Assembly (NCBI RefSeq): GCF_006345805.1
Contig: NC_043000.1
Location: 115,878,001-115,942,000 of the forward strand
Reading direction: 5' to 3'
Source: Octopus sinensis
Taxonomy: Eukaryota
DNA length: 64,000 bases
Shown one piece after another: positions 25,150 through 38,741 of the stretch. A program made the translations under genes and the position numbers. A model generated the notes under the pieces. That model ran no database searches and was not told the origin of the DNA. It was given only the letters and a program-made list of their open reading frames with translations. How positions within the stretch are numbered: position 1 is the first letter of the stretch; every line of letters begins with the position of its first letter.

Positions 25150-25312
25150 CATTTTTTCTCTCCTTGTTTTTTCTGTGTCCCTTTCTGTAGAAGAGCGTAG
25201 GCTCGAAACGTAAAAGACTTTTTCTATTCCTGAGCGTTATACTAATACATCTGTTTGTTTTGTACACCACCTGTCTTCGTCTTTTGTTTTTTTCGTAAAC
25301 TCTCCCTATATA
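25150..25312 (+). mobile_element. Penelope-type terminal-repeat remnant with hammerhead-like motif at 25181-25216 (homologues ~16560, 28340-28490, 63185-63290)
   Basis: CUUU CUGUAGA A GAGC-GUAG-GCUC GAAA CG UA AAAG; position 6 is U instead of the conserved A. Confidence 0.5.
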
Positions 25313-25332
25313 TATTCTAATAATCATATACA

Positions 25333-25450
25333 TAATGATAACAAGGGATTGCTATAAGCCTCTCCACGAGCTAGAAATAGACGCTAAAAGACGCAAATAC
25401 CACCTTAAAAATTTCAGGAGAGGCTTATAGCCAATTCCTTTTTATTATTA
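25333..25450. mobile_element. Mini inverted-repeat element (~33-bp imperfect TIRs)
   Basis: AAGGGATTGCTATAAGCCTCTCC vs GGAGAGGCTTATAGCCAATTCCTT. Confidence 0.6.
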
Positions 25451-25959
25451 TCTATATAATTATAATAATATTTGTAAAATTCACCTATAAGGATTTTATT
25501 TCCGCGCTGACCCCTTTGTAAAATCATCAATAGTTTTATCCTTTATTATAATATATTCAATGATTTTACTAAGATTTGGTGTACAGGAAGTATCTGTGCA
25601 GATGAATAATTTTCAGCAGGTGTAGCTTGCACTACACTACCCACACACCTGTTGGCCCAAAGAAGACTTTAGACGGTGTGACAGGAAAATTGGCAAAACC
25701 AGGGACTTCCAAGGCCTCAGGTTTTATTTCAGTGATTTATATATATATCTACTACATATGTGGGAAATTCTGTCCTAAATTATTTGGTAAAAATGAAATT
25801 GAGTATGCTTATTTCTTACTATTCGAACTGTTAGAGTTCTTTTCGCAATTTATGCAGTACAACTCTTAAATAAATAAATAGCATTTTCCTAAACAATAGA
25901 TCCACTTATTTCGGTGAGTGACTTATTAATATACCAACACTAGCTTCCTGAGGGTAATA

Positions 25960-26230
25960 TTCTCTGGGAACGCACCAAAGCCCTTTCCAGAGTTATTTAC
26001 TTTGAATTATAATCTCATATACGATTAGCCTGTTATTACGTAGCATGCTTCACGATTTTAGTATACATAACTTATTAGTATTTCCTCCTATGTTCTATAT
26101 ATTCTGGGAACGCATTAAAGCCCTTTTTGGGGCTACTTTATTTGAATTTTTACTATAGGGTAACTAATTTCTTGTTATTACACAACTGACTTCACAATTT
26201 GGGTATTCATAACTTATTGGGAATTTCTTA
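25960..26230. repeat. Two diverged ~135-bp tandem units
   Basis: Both units contain TCTGGGAACGCA..AAAGCCCTTT..TTTGAATT..TGTTATTAC..CTTCAC.ATTTT..CATAACTTATT. Confidence 0.65.
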
Positions 26231-26442
26231 AAAACAAGATCCTGTCTAAGACAGTTCAGTTTTCTCTGTAAATGCACAAAAGCCATTTTAAGGGCTACAT
26301 ACTTTGTATTGTTGTTACTGGATTAGCGAAACAATTATGAGAACGAAACCAAGAGATAAGCCCCGCTTTCCCGGGAATTACCGGGTACGTCTGCTAGTAT
26401 GTGTATACATATATATATATATGTATACGCACACACACACGC

Positions 26443-26482
<40 letters not shown>

Positions 26483-26627
26483 CACGCACACACACACAGA
26501 TATATTCACGCGCGCGCGTGTTGAAGAAGTACAAGGCTTAAGAAAATACTGGAGTCGATTCGTGCGACTAAAACGTTTCATTTCGGTGCACCAGCATGGC
26601 CGCAGTCTAATGACTGAAACAAGTAAA

Positions 26628-26666
<39 letters not shown>

Positions 26667-26989
26667 CATGTATATGTGTGAATGTTTTTATGTGCACGTA
26701 TACATATGCACCTGTATATGTGTGACTGTATGTGTGTGTTTGTGTGTGTCCACTGCACCGTATATTTATGTTGGATGTTTATTACATACCGTTCATTCAT
26801 CTATTGGTCCGTTTCATCTTCCAGTCTTATGTAAATTTTCCCTCTTCTTCTTCTTCTCCTTCTTCTTCTCCAATCCACTCTCCCATCCACCTCCCCACGC
26901 CACCATTCGATGTGAAATTCATTCCAATCGATGAAGGAAATCCGTGTTTTGTTCTTTTCATTTTATTTTCTTTCGTCTATCGTGTCAGT

Positions 26990-27545
26990 GTTGCTGTGGG
27001 GAAGGATGACAAGAGGAGGAAAATGAATCTTATCACCATTATCATCGTCATCATCGACACCATCTTCGTTGTGGTCAACATCATTCCCGCCGCCAATACC
27101 ATCACTACCACCACCATCAGGATCATCACCACACCCATCACCACCGTTACCACCACCGTTATCACCACCACCACTACCATCACCACTACCAAATCTACAA
27201 CCTCTACTGCTACCATCACTACCATATTACCACCACCATCATCACCACGCTCATCACCGTCACTACCACCACCACCATACCACCATTACCATCATCACTA
27301 CCACCACCACTACCACCACCATCGCCGCCAAAATCAGTAACATAGGCAAAAATACCACGATCACCTTCACCACCATTCCGCCATCACTACAACCATCACC
27401 ACCACCACCACCACCAGTACCACCAACACCACGTCCACCTCCACCTTAATCACCATAATACCACCACCACCACCACCACCAACTTCATCCTCATTAACCT
27501 CATTATTATCACCGTCATCTTCGTTTTCCCTATCGTCGTCGTCGT
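26990..27545. repeat. Degenerate (CAC/CAT/TAC)n trinucleotide low-complexity tract
   Basis: Direct reading; source of poly-T/H/P ORFs. Confidence 0.9.
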
Positions 27546-27676
27546 CCTCTCCGTGTTGTTAATATTTCCAGGAATTATCCTCAGTAATTGAAACACTCTG
27601 TTTGGAACGTAATGAGAACCGTAAACAACGAGAATATACAGCAACAACAACAACAACAACACTGCCGGAGAGAGAG

Positions 27677-27751
<75 letters not shown>

Positions 27752-28924
27752 AAGAGAGTAGGTGCTAAAGCAGATAGTAACGGTACTGATAATTTCCAGT
27801 TCCCGCAATAAAGAGATATTCCCCGGGAGCCTGCAGGGGGAACAAACCGAACAAAGCACCGGATAATACCACATTCCACGCCAGAACAATGGCCGCAAAG
27901 TCAATTTGTTATTTATGATGAAGGCCAATAAGAAAATATATAGGGATGAAAAGAAATGTGTGCGTATTGAGAGAGCTAAAATGGAGAATCTAATTAAGAA
28001 GCGATCTATATAGTGATGCAGATATGGCTTGGTGATACAGATGTAGCTCGCTTTGCAAACATCTGGCTTCGGGTTCGTTCCCACTGCGAGGCATCTAGTT
28101 CATGTGTTTTCCACAACAGCCTTTACACCCACCATTTCATTGTGAGTGCATTTGGTAGACAGAGACTGTGCGAGAGACTGTCATATTTATTCATATATAT
28201 ATTTACACAAACACAAAAACACACACCACAAACAACATATATATACACACATATATATATACATCCATATATAGATATATGTATATATATATATATATAG
28301 ATATATATATATATATTTATATATATAGCAAAATCTACAAGTTTCTTATTTTTATTCTCTGTGTTTATTTCCTCGTGTTCCTTTCTGTTAAAGAGTGTAG
28401 TTAGTCTCAAAACCTAAAAGATTTCCTCACTATCCCGAGCGTCAAACTAATACACATGTCTTCGTCTTTTGTTTTCTGTAGATTTCAACTAAATATATAT
28501 ATATAGCTATTCCATGAGAGTAAGGTAAATAAAGAAGTATCGGATGTGGTGAGAGACAAATATTATTAAATAAACGCAATATATATTTTTATGAACTACT
28601 GAAAAAAAGTTTCATGCGATAAAAACGACTCAGGTAGCATTTTATAGCACGTCTGGTGCCACCATGCAATCGTCTGGCTATGCTCACATGGCATATACCA
28701 CGTAAAACAAGACGACAAAATGAGAGACAATACGAGAAACATTATCATTTAATAAGGGGTTGAATCAGATTCACGCAACTTAAAGTTCTGTAGGCTTGAA
28801 TAACGAACATATCTCGACAGGCACCTTGAAATATATGCATGCATGTATGTATATATGTATGTATGTATGACTCATTCTCTCTCTCAATCTATCTATCCAT
28901 ATATATATGTATATATTCTTCTTT

Positions 28925-29292
28925 TATTCTTCTTCTTGCTACAGTCATTTGACTGCAACTATGCTGGAGCACCAACTTTAGCCGATCAATTCGACCCCAG
29001 GACTTATTCTGTCGGTGTTCTTTGTCGAAATGCTAGGTTACGGGGAAGTAAACACACCAAAATCGGTTGTCAAGTCATGGTAGGGGACAAATACAGACAC
29101 GTAAATACATACACACACACACACACACCATATATATATATTTCAGTTTCCATCTACCAAATTCACTCACAAGGCTATGGTCGGCCCGATGCTATAGTAG
29201 AAGTCACTAGCCCAAGGTGCTACGCAGTGGGATTGAACCCAGAACCATGTGGTTGGTAAGCAAACTACTTACCACATAACCACGCCTGCACC
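28925..29292 (-). mobile_element. Composite A+B SINE
   Basis: B tail then (CA)n/(TA)n then A head, minus strand. Confidence 0.85.
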
Positions 29293-29752
29293 TACATATA
29301 TATATATATATATATATACATACATATTTGGATACAAAGCGAGAGTGAGAGAGGGAGGGGTAGAGAGTGAGACAGAGAAGAAAGGAAGATAAATAGATAG
29401 ATCGATATACAGATGTATAAATAGGTATATGTATGCAAGTATTTCTATAATTTCTTCTTTTTGTCTGTATTTTCCTACCCATCATCTCAGCTGTTCATTG
29501 TGTTTACCGAAGAATGTTACAAGCTGTAATGTGTGGAAAACATCCAGTTGTTTCTGTCAACTTGCGGTAATTAAAATATCCGACGGATTTCTTTTGAGAA
29601 TCGGTGACGATTTGTAAACAGCTTTGTCAACAAAATGTAGAAAAATATGTTTGGTTACAGACAAAGGAAGGGAGTCACGAGAGCTGTATAGTCGAGACAA
29701 GGACAAAGAGTTTCTTCTGAATGACTCTGTGTGTGTGCGTGTGTGTGGTGTG

Positions 29753-29844
<92 letters not shown>

Positions 29845-29964
29845 ATGGTGCTGCCAAAACAATTACCAAAATAAAATAGATGCAGGGAAGCAGAGAGAGA
29901 CATAAAGACGGACAGAGAAATAGTGGAATATAAATGCATAGCTGTACGACCAACCGAGGTATAA

Positions 29965-30004
<40 letters not shown>

Positions 30005-30009
30005 ATATA

Positions 30010-30048
<39 letters not shown>

Positions 30049-30228
30049 TGTGTGTATAGATATATATATTATATATATATATGTATATTATTATATGTAG
30101 AAAAATACAAACTGGGACAAGAACATAAAACATTTAGAAGACGATACAAAAAACACGGACGGGACATTCGAAGCCTTCAATCTTCAGTCAAGAACCGGAT
30201 CATCCTCGCAATTTCGGCTGATTAATCT

Positions 30229-30286
<58 letters not shown>

Positions 30287-30309
30287 GTATATATATGTAT
30301 ATATATGTA

Positions 30310-30393
<84 letters not shown>

Positions 30394-30414
30394 GTATATA
30401 TATATATATGTATA

Positions 30415-30483
<69 letters not shown>

Positions 30484-30488
<5 letters not shown>

Positions 30489-31107
30489 AAGCCGCCTGGA
30501 CTACTGCTCCCAACTGTGGTCACCGCATAGTGTCAAACTAACCACAGAGCTTGAGACAATCCAAAGACATTTCACCAAGAGGATTTCCACCATGAAAGAA
30601 AGAACTATTGGGAGAGGCTTAGGGAACTCAATTTGTACTCCTTGGAACGAAGAAGACGAGAGAGATATGCAGTGATATACATATGGAAAATCCTGGAGGG
30701 ACTAGCACCAAATTTTGGAATTGAGAGCTGTTCCAATCCCCGTACAGGACGTCACTGTGTGGTGCCAAGGTCCCGTCTTCCACATCCAGGGTAAGGAGCA
30801 GATACTGTAATAGCCTGGGGTTCAGGGGCCCTCAGCTTTTCAACAAACTGCCAAGAAAACTAAGAGATCTACATGATGCGGATGTGGACATTTTCAAAAA
30901 AATCTAGACAAGCTGCTTTCCGGGATCCCAGATGAACCCACTGCAAGGTACGAAGGTAACCTAAGGGCAGCAGCTACAAACTCTCTCTTAGATCAGTGGC
31001 CAGCCACGGCAAACTGGACTTAGAGAGGGTAGCAACAAGGGCGGTGCCCCAGCATGGCCTCAGCCGGATGGCTGAAACAAGTAAAAGAGTAAAAGAGTAA
31101 AAGAGTA
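30484..31107 (+). mobile_element. CR1-group LINE 3' end (post-RT domain + 3' tail), inserted in (TA)n
   Basis: [27 protein letters not shown] / [36 protein letters not shown] / [13 protein letters not shown]; tail ends (GTAAAAGA)n. Confidence 0.9.
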
Positions 31108-31119
31108 TGTATATATATG

Positions 31120-31556
<437 letters not shown>

Positions 31557-31584
31557 ATATATATATATATTTATATATGTATAG

Positions 31585-31742
31585 GCGCAGGGGTGACTGT
31601 GTAGTAAGAAGCATACTTCCCAATCACATGGTTCCAGGTTCAGTTCCACCGCGTGGCACCTTGGGCAAGGGTCTTCTATAGCCTGAGTCCGACCAAAGCC
31701 TCGTGAGTGAATTTGGCAGACGGAAACTGGAAGAAGTCCGAC

Positions 31743-31745
<3 letters not shown>
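31585..31745 (+). mobile_element. Family A SINE head
   Basis: Same head/CORE-like sequence as 14248-14404. Confidence 0.88.
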
Positions 31746-31786
<41 letters not shown>

Positions 31787-31804
31787 GTGTATGTATGTGT
31801 ATAT

Positions 31805-32740
31805 AACTTAGATAACTTAGATATGTTTCGACAAAAGATTTGTCAAGGCCATATTTAACTGAATACCACCACCTGATAGGATTAGCTAAATCCTTTCTAA
31901 GTCAAGTTTTGTCGTATCATGGTCCATTCGAGCAGCGAGTTCTTGTTAAGTGAGATGTATCTAGATATTGGACAGTGCATATTGAGGAAAAGAAATTGTG
32001 TTGCATGTTGTTAGGAAGAAAGTTAAACAGTTGTGATTCCTTGCAACCCAAGCTGTTACAATTCTGGGTCCTTTTTCTATATGGAGAAGACGTCCAGTTC
32101 GCTGTTTGGTATAGCTTTCAATTCCAAAGTCAAGATCTAAACGTTCCAGGATCTCTCATATGTATATTACTGCATATCTTTTGTGTCTTGTCTCTAGGGA
32201 ATAAGAGCTTCAGTTCGTTTAGCCTATCTCAGTCGCTCATCTCTTGCATTGAATCAATTTCCTTTGTATCGTGGTGCTGGACTGCTTTATAGGAGTTAGC
32301 TTGGAATCCTTTTTCTTGGTTCCGAATGATCTTCGAATCCAATCAGCCACTCATCTGCACGATGCTGATATCCCGGTAATTAGCAAATGGAATGTTGCAT
32401 CCTTAGTAATGTGGATTCCCAGGTCATGCACCAAGTGTGACGGGACTGCACTACCTCCTGGTGTTGGGTATTCCAATAGCAGTCTGTTTGTGGGCCGATA
32501 TTGGAGTGTTTAAAACTTCTCAGCATAGAACCGCATGTTATTTTCACCATCCCACTTATATATTGTACTGAGGCCTTAATGCAGTTTAAGTATGTCACCA
32601 GGGTCCGTTGATAGCCTGCGGTACATTTTTATCATCAGCATATCTAATGAGATTCGCTGAGTATATGACTGAGGCCATGTCTTAGAGAGCCATCATAAAC
32701 AGTAGTGGTTCTCCGCTAAGAAATGATGTCTCCTCAGGGA
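31805..32740 (-). mobile_element. Older CR1-group LINE copy (RT core to 3' part), same family as 30484-31107
   Basis: Minus strand: PLLFMMAL, IRYADD (~32640), HDLGIHIT, KRYAVIYI*EILE..FGIESYT..RTGR; many stops. Confidence 0.8.
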
Positions 32741-32947
32741 GAGAGAGAAATATAGATGGGAAATTTCTGAAATTTTTCTAACATTGGCCTAGCATGTATA
32801 ATACAGTCAATAGACAATATATTTTTCATATAAAAAATTAAATGTACATTTAAACACAAAAGAGGTGACCTTAACAGGGCGCCTTACATTCTAGAAGAAA
32901 CAAAGTCCAAAGCACAGTTAAGAGCAATTTCGAAGGGAATGAAAACT

Positions 32948-32986
<39 letters not shown>

Positions 32987-32999
32987 TATATATACACAC

Positions 33000-33154
33000 A
33001 CAACTTATAAATAAGGGCAAACGAAAAAATTTCTAATGCCAAATATGGTGAGTAGCGTGCGTATTGTGAAAAATTATATAGTTATGGACAGGGTGTCTAA
33101 TTTCGGCATATTTGGCATTAGAAATTGTTTCGTTTGCCCCTATTTATAAGTTGT
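33000..33154. mobile_element. MITE with 47-bp TIRs
   Basis: CAACTTATAAATAAGGGCAAACGAAAAAATTTCTAATGCCAAATATG vs reverse complement of 33107-33153 (45/47). Confidence 0.75.
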
Positions 33155-33256
33155 TTATAAATTTAACCTTTAAAGGTATTTTTTAATATGCTGGCCATTG
33201 ATAAAATTTTTTTCGAAAAAATTTTATCTTCATTAAATATATATATATATATAAAT

Positions 33257-33338
<82 letters not shown>

Positions 33339-33791
33339 CCCAGGGGTTGCAAGTGTCTAATTTCTGCCTTTTAGAAAAATCATGAGACTGAAAATAGTCG
33401 GTTTTCTTGAGCTTGACTCGCATTTGCCGACAGATTGACGTGCTCATTGCTAGGTTGTATTCAACTCGGCAGCAACTAAAGATTTTTATATTTATTCTTA
33501 TGATCGCTGTGTCTATGTTGGAAACTGTACTTCCAGAACTTTTAAAAACCTTCTTCTCTGAACTGTAATATCATAATTGTTCACTTGTCAAATCAGCCAC
33601 CATGATGGCTACTTCTGTACATCTCAGAATGCATACATTGTAAGACTCTTCATTCACTCTTGTATAGAATAGTTTTGTCACCTTTATACAGATCCTCTGG
33701 TGCTGTTGTTTCTCTTCTGGTTGATAGTCTGCATGCGTGAGCGACACCTATTTTGGTCGATGAACTTTAATTCTTCACTCATCGTCGGAAC

Positions 33792-33794
<3 letters not shown>

Positions 33795-33822
<28 letters not shown>

Positions 33823-33895
33823 CTTCTTCTTCTTCTTCTTCTTCTTCTTCTTCTTCTTCTTCTTCTTCTTCTTCTTCTTCTTCTTCTTCTTCGTC
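33795..33895. repeat. (CTT)n/(GAA)n tract, ~33 units
   Basis: Direct reading. Confidence 0.95.
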
Positions 33896-34596
33896 TTCTT
33901 CTCAATTCTATTATTTCTTCCGTGTTAATTATTCTGCCTTTTTAAAAAAATGTTTCTAATTATTCTGCCTTTTTTTACTAATTTTCCCTCCTCCACTCTT
34001 GTTCTCTCCTCTTGAAAAAAGAGTTTCTTCTTTTTTTTCCCATTAACTTCTTTTATTCCTCGAACACCTGTCTTATGGAACTCTCTTCAATCACTTTGTT
34101 TCCCGGAGACACACCTTTAATCTTTTAAATTTTGCGATTATCTTTTTATATTTTCTTAGGGCAGTGTTTTTATTAAACATTTTGTCTTTTCTTTTGTAAC
34201 TACCTCAAATCTAAGTGGTTTCTTGAGACCTGGCTTATTGATGGTTATTTGTTGGTTCGTTAGAAGTGATTTCCGATAAATAAATCAAAATGGTAATCCA
34301 TGCAAAATTATCAGGAAGCAAATTGTACAAATCTTTACTAAAAGAATTGAAAACTTTCTTACCACATGTTATTTGTTTCAGTTAATAGGCTGCGGCCATG
34401 CTGGAGGACCGTCTTGAAAAATTTTTACTCGATTGAATCGATCTCAATATTTGTATTTTTTAAAAGTCTGGTGCTTGTTGTATCCGTCTTTTGCTGAACC
34501 GCTAAGTTACGGGGACGTAAACACACCAACACCAGTTGCCTATTGGTGGTGGGGAACAAATAGAGACACAAAGACATACATATCTCCACATATATA

Positions 34597-35100
34597 CAAC
34601 ACAGGAACATGTATCATACATCAAAATGAAGCTGGTCCTCTGTGAATCACATTCCTACTTCTCAACATAGCGTTTCTCTCAATAGCAACGTTCCACATTC
34701 GAATGAGAGCATGTATCCCTGCCCCACAACACTCTGTTGACTGTTCTTTGAGCCACTTCTTCACTACAGTTTTCACTTCCTCGTCACTGGAATAATGTTT
34801 GCCTCTCAAACCCCCTTTCATGGGGCCGAAGAGATGATAGTCTGAAGGTGCTAAATTATTCCAGTGACGAAAACTACTGAAGAAGTGGCTCAAAGAACAG
34901 TCAACAGAGTGTTGTGGGGTAGAGATACATGTTCTCATTCGAAGGTGGAACATCGGTATTGAGAGAAACGGTGACTATGTTGAGAAGTAGGGATGTGATC
35001 CCACAGAGGACCAGTTTCATTTTGATGGATGATACACGTTCCTGTGTTGGTAATTATAACTGTCTTAAACAAAATGGCATTACTTTTTGACTCACCCTCG
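34597..35100. mobile_element. Mariner 3' end duplicated head-to-head (fold-back); right TIR retained
   Basis: Minus arm encodes LAPSDYHLFGPMK.GLRGKHY..DEEVK..VKKWL; plus arm 34855-35051 is its inverted copy; ends ATTACTTTTTGACTCACCCTCG|TA. Confidence 0.88.
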
Positions 35101-35422
35101 TAATATTATATATATATATATGTATAAGTGTGTGTGTGTGTATGTATTTATGTATCTATCTATCTACATACCCCCCACACACACATGTATATGTGTATAT
35201 GTATGTATGTATGTATGCATTTATATGTGTTTGATTTTCCGAAAAACGACGCAATTTCCAATAAGAGTCAAAGTATCGTAAAATAAATATTCAACTGAAT
35301 CTCCAAATAAATCATAATTCGGGTTTAATGAAAGTTCACAAGTGTTCTGTATACCTTGTATATAACTTTGATCATTTATTCAGCTCGATGCTATAAATTA
35401 TGAAAAGATTTGTACAGTTTAC

Positions 35423-35592
35423 CATAAGAAAATCTGTTTCTTTCAATACGTATTTCAACTTTACAGTCTGATGTTCTGTAATTCTGTGATATACAAATAC
35501 ATCTTTGATTGAGTCCGAAGATGCTATTAAATGATTTAAAATCCGGTAGAACGTGTTGTCAATAGGATGCAATGTATCCCACTGATAACATC
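35423..35592 (-). CDS. Candidate internal coding exon of an unidentified host gene (CYQWDTLHPIDNTFYRILNHLIASSDSIKDVFVYHRITEHQTVKLKYVLKETDFLM)
   Basis: Acceptor TCTCTAATATTGCCACAG|G, donor ATG|GTAAAC, 170 nt open, phase 1 in and phase 0 out. Confidence 0.4.
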
Positions 35593-35934
35593 CTGTGGCA
35601 ATATTAGAGATAAATTATTCTCTAAGATTCTGAAAATGTTGATAAATAATGTTTTTCTGTTCAGTTCTTGTAAACGTGAACTGAGAGAGTTTCTTTGTAT
35701 GCTATCACCTGCAGGTTTTTCATCAAAAAGGAATAGTTTAAACACAGAGCTTTCATTTTAATCTGGTATAATTAGTGAATGTTTCTGAATGAAAACTTTG
35801 TGGTTTAATATCATAAGATTTCTTAAACGTCCAGGTGATTCCTTTATTCAAGGAAGAAATCTAAAAGGGAGATCGGTAAATAATTAGCTATTAATGTCGC
35901 TATTAATACAGACGTTCTATAAAATTGATTCCAA

Positions 35935-36530
35935 ATTTTGTCACAAGGCCAACAAATTCGGAAATAAGTCGTTTAAAACGATCCCAGTATTCAATAATTT
36001 ACCGACCCCGAAAGAATGAAAGGCAAGGTCTACCTCGGCGGAATTTGAACACAGAACGCAAAAACAGACGGAAGGTGGCGAAACATTTTTGCCCGGTTTG
36101 CTAATGATTCCTATTTCTTTATTGCCCACAAGGGGCTAAACATACAGGGGACAAACAAGGACAGACAAAGGGGTTAAGTCGATTACATCGACCCCAGTGC
36201 GTAACTAGTACTTAATTTATCGACCCCGAAAGGATGAAAGGCAAAGTCGACCTCGGCGGAATTTGAACTCAGAACGTAGCGGCAGACGAAATACCTGTTT
36301 CTATTTCTTTACTACATACAAGGGGCTAAACACAGAGAGGACAAACAAGGACAGACAAACGGATTAAGTCGATTTTATCGACACCAGTGCGTAAATGGTA
36401 CTTATTTAATCAACCCCGAAAGGATGAACGGCAAAGTCGACCTCCGCGGAATTTGAACTCAGAACGTAGCGGCAGACGAAATACAGCTAAGCATTTCGCC
36501 CGGCATGCTAACGTTTCTGCCAGTTCGCTG
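35935..36530 (-). mobile_element. Head-to-tail array of three family C SINE units
   Basis: Repeated ATCGACCCCGAAAGGATGAAAGGCAAAGTCGACCTCGGCGGAATTTGAAC at ~36000, 36220, 36410. Confidence 0.9.
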
Positions 36531-37158
36531 TTATCCAATTACGGTGGTAGTTGAATAATATTCTTAAGGCGGCAATTTACTCACTAGCAACATCTTTGAG
36601 AGTTTTGTCATTAATTCAGTTCTTAACCAAATTGAAAACTGTTAACGTTTCTGAAGAGGACTGGGCCCTAGCTACATTTTGGTATAAAGTAGAAAAGTTC
36701 ATATTAAAATTTGTGGCAACGTTATAGGAGAGTAAGTAAAGCCTCTAATCCAGTTTAGATCTACATAACTTTTTTATTAAAAAAAAACAAAATATATTTA
36801 TCTTAGCTTCAATGGTAGAAGAAAGCATGAGGAATTTCAGTCACACACTCACACATACATACACTACCACACTACCACACACACACGCACACACACACAC
36901 GCACGCACACTCACATGCGCACACACACACATGTGCGCGCATACATACGCACACATACACTCACACTACCAGAATACCACACACACACATCCTACCACAC
37001 ACACACACTACCACACACAAACACACACACACCCTACCGCAAGCACTCACACATACACACACATCACTACACTACAACACACACCACCACACTACAACAC
37101 ACACGCACACGCACGCACACTGTAACAGATATCCATCCATCCATCCATCCATCCATCC

Positions 37159-37200
<42 letters not shown>

Positions 37201-37827
37201 ATATTATTTATTGATATGATGTAAAACGCAAACAATACATGAACAACGGTAATGAGATTTGCACACAGAAATTCGCCCTGGAGGAAAAACTTCTGAAGGC
37301 TCCACTACAACAACCGGAATATTTCAGTCCATGGCTACCACAACCAAGAATTGTATTACTTAAGCCGAAAGCATCATTGTTATTCATTTAAATATTATTC
37401 TCAATTTAGTGAATTTGCATATGGCTGAGACAGCGAGGGTCCTCTAGGATTTCCGTTCGGATGAGTCTTTGAGATTCATTGTCTTTGATGATAATCTTGC
37501 TGAACGGTTTCATCGTTTAAAATTTGCAGCAGCACATGATGGCGATGTTGACAAGTATGCATCTGAGACATTTGTACAAACAAATATAAAAAAAAACAAA
37601 ATCAAAACAAAAAAACTAAGAGATTTAGAAGTAAATCTGTGCACACACACACACGCACACACACATACACACATATATGCATGTGTGTGCGTGTTTGTTT
37701 GTATTTATGTATTGGTAGATATAGTGTGTATGCGAGGGAATATTGTGATCTAATGAACGAAATTTTAATATACACGCACACCTATGTATATATGCATGTA
37801 AGTGTATGTATATGATTATAGTTATGC

Positions 37828-37887
<60 letters not shown>

Positions 37888-38069
37888 GTATATGATATAT
37901 ATGACTTTATCATATGATATACATGTATGCATATACGTAGGCGCATGTGTGGCTGTGTGGCAAGAAGCTTGTCTCCCAACCGCAGGGTCTCGGATTCAGT
38001 CCCACTGCGGAGCACCTTGGGGAAGTATCTTCGACTATATTGTTGGATCGACCAAGGCCTTCTGAGGGG

Positions 38070-38200
38070 ATTTCGGCGAATATATTTGTCCTCATCTTGT
38101 TTGTTGTTAACACAACGTTTCGGCTGATATACCCTCTAGTCTTCGGGAGTCTTGGGGAAATTTCGAACCTGGGTTCTCATTACTAAGGTATTTTTCGATG
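38070..38200 (-). mobile_element. Penelope-type terminal-repeat remnant (family H) with partly deleted hammerhead
   Basis: Matches 45035-45180; minus strand UCAGCC GAAA CG UU GUGUU retained, core reads CCGAAGA with deletion. Confidence 0.6.
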
Positions 38201-38210
38201 TTGTTATTAC

Positions 38211-38265
<55 letters not shown>

Positions 38266-38353
38266 GTTAGTGTTCAGCTCACTCGGAATTTTGGGGTTAG
38301 CCGCGCTCTTAACCCCTACGGCATATGCCCGTGGGCTTATATATATGTATATA

Positions 38354-38448
38354 CTAGGTTGAAGAAAATGTTTTTTTTATGCAAGATTTTATTAAAAAAC
38401 AACAGCTATTCTTCAAAACACGGCGCACGAACTTTTTCCTCAACCTAA
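38354..38448. mobile_element. ~95-bp mariner-type MITE
   Basis: TA|CTAGGTTGAAGAAAA ... TTTTTCCTCAACCTAA; resembles mariner TTAGGTTG termini. Confidence 0.6.
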
Positions 38449-38464
38449 TGTAATTATTTATGTA

Positions 38465-38691
38465 TCCAGTCATTTGACTACAGCCATGCTGGAGCACCGC
38501 CTTTTGTCGAACAAATCGACCGCAGAACTTTTTCTTTCTACGCTTAGTACTTATTCTATCGGTTCTTTTACCGAACATGCTAAGTTACGCCAACATCGGT
38601 TGTCAAAGGATGGTGGGGACGACCATAGACAACACACAGACACACACACACACACACAAACAAACATACGCACACACACACACACACACAT

Positions 38692-38741
<50 letters not shown>

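Noticed and set aside
26732-27449. 202-aa and 126-aa Thr/His/Pro-rich ORFs
   Set aside because: Degenerate CAC/CAT repeat open in several frames and on both strands; no non-repetitive domain.
35935-36530. Regularly spaced repeats superficially like a CRISPR array
   Set aside because: Units are ~190-bp SINE copies with homologous, not unique, intervening sequence; eukaryotic context, no cas genes.
37447-37553. Plus-strand candidate exon DFRSDESLRFIVFDDNLAERFHRLKFAAAHDGDVD
   Set aside because: Short polypyrimidine tract, no partner exon found on that strand; cannot be supported.
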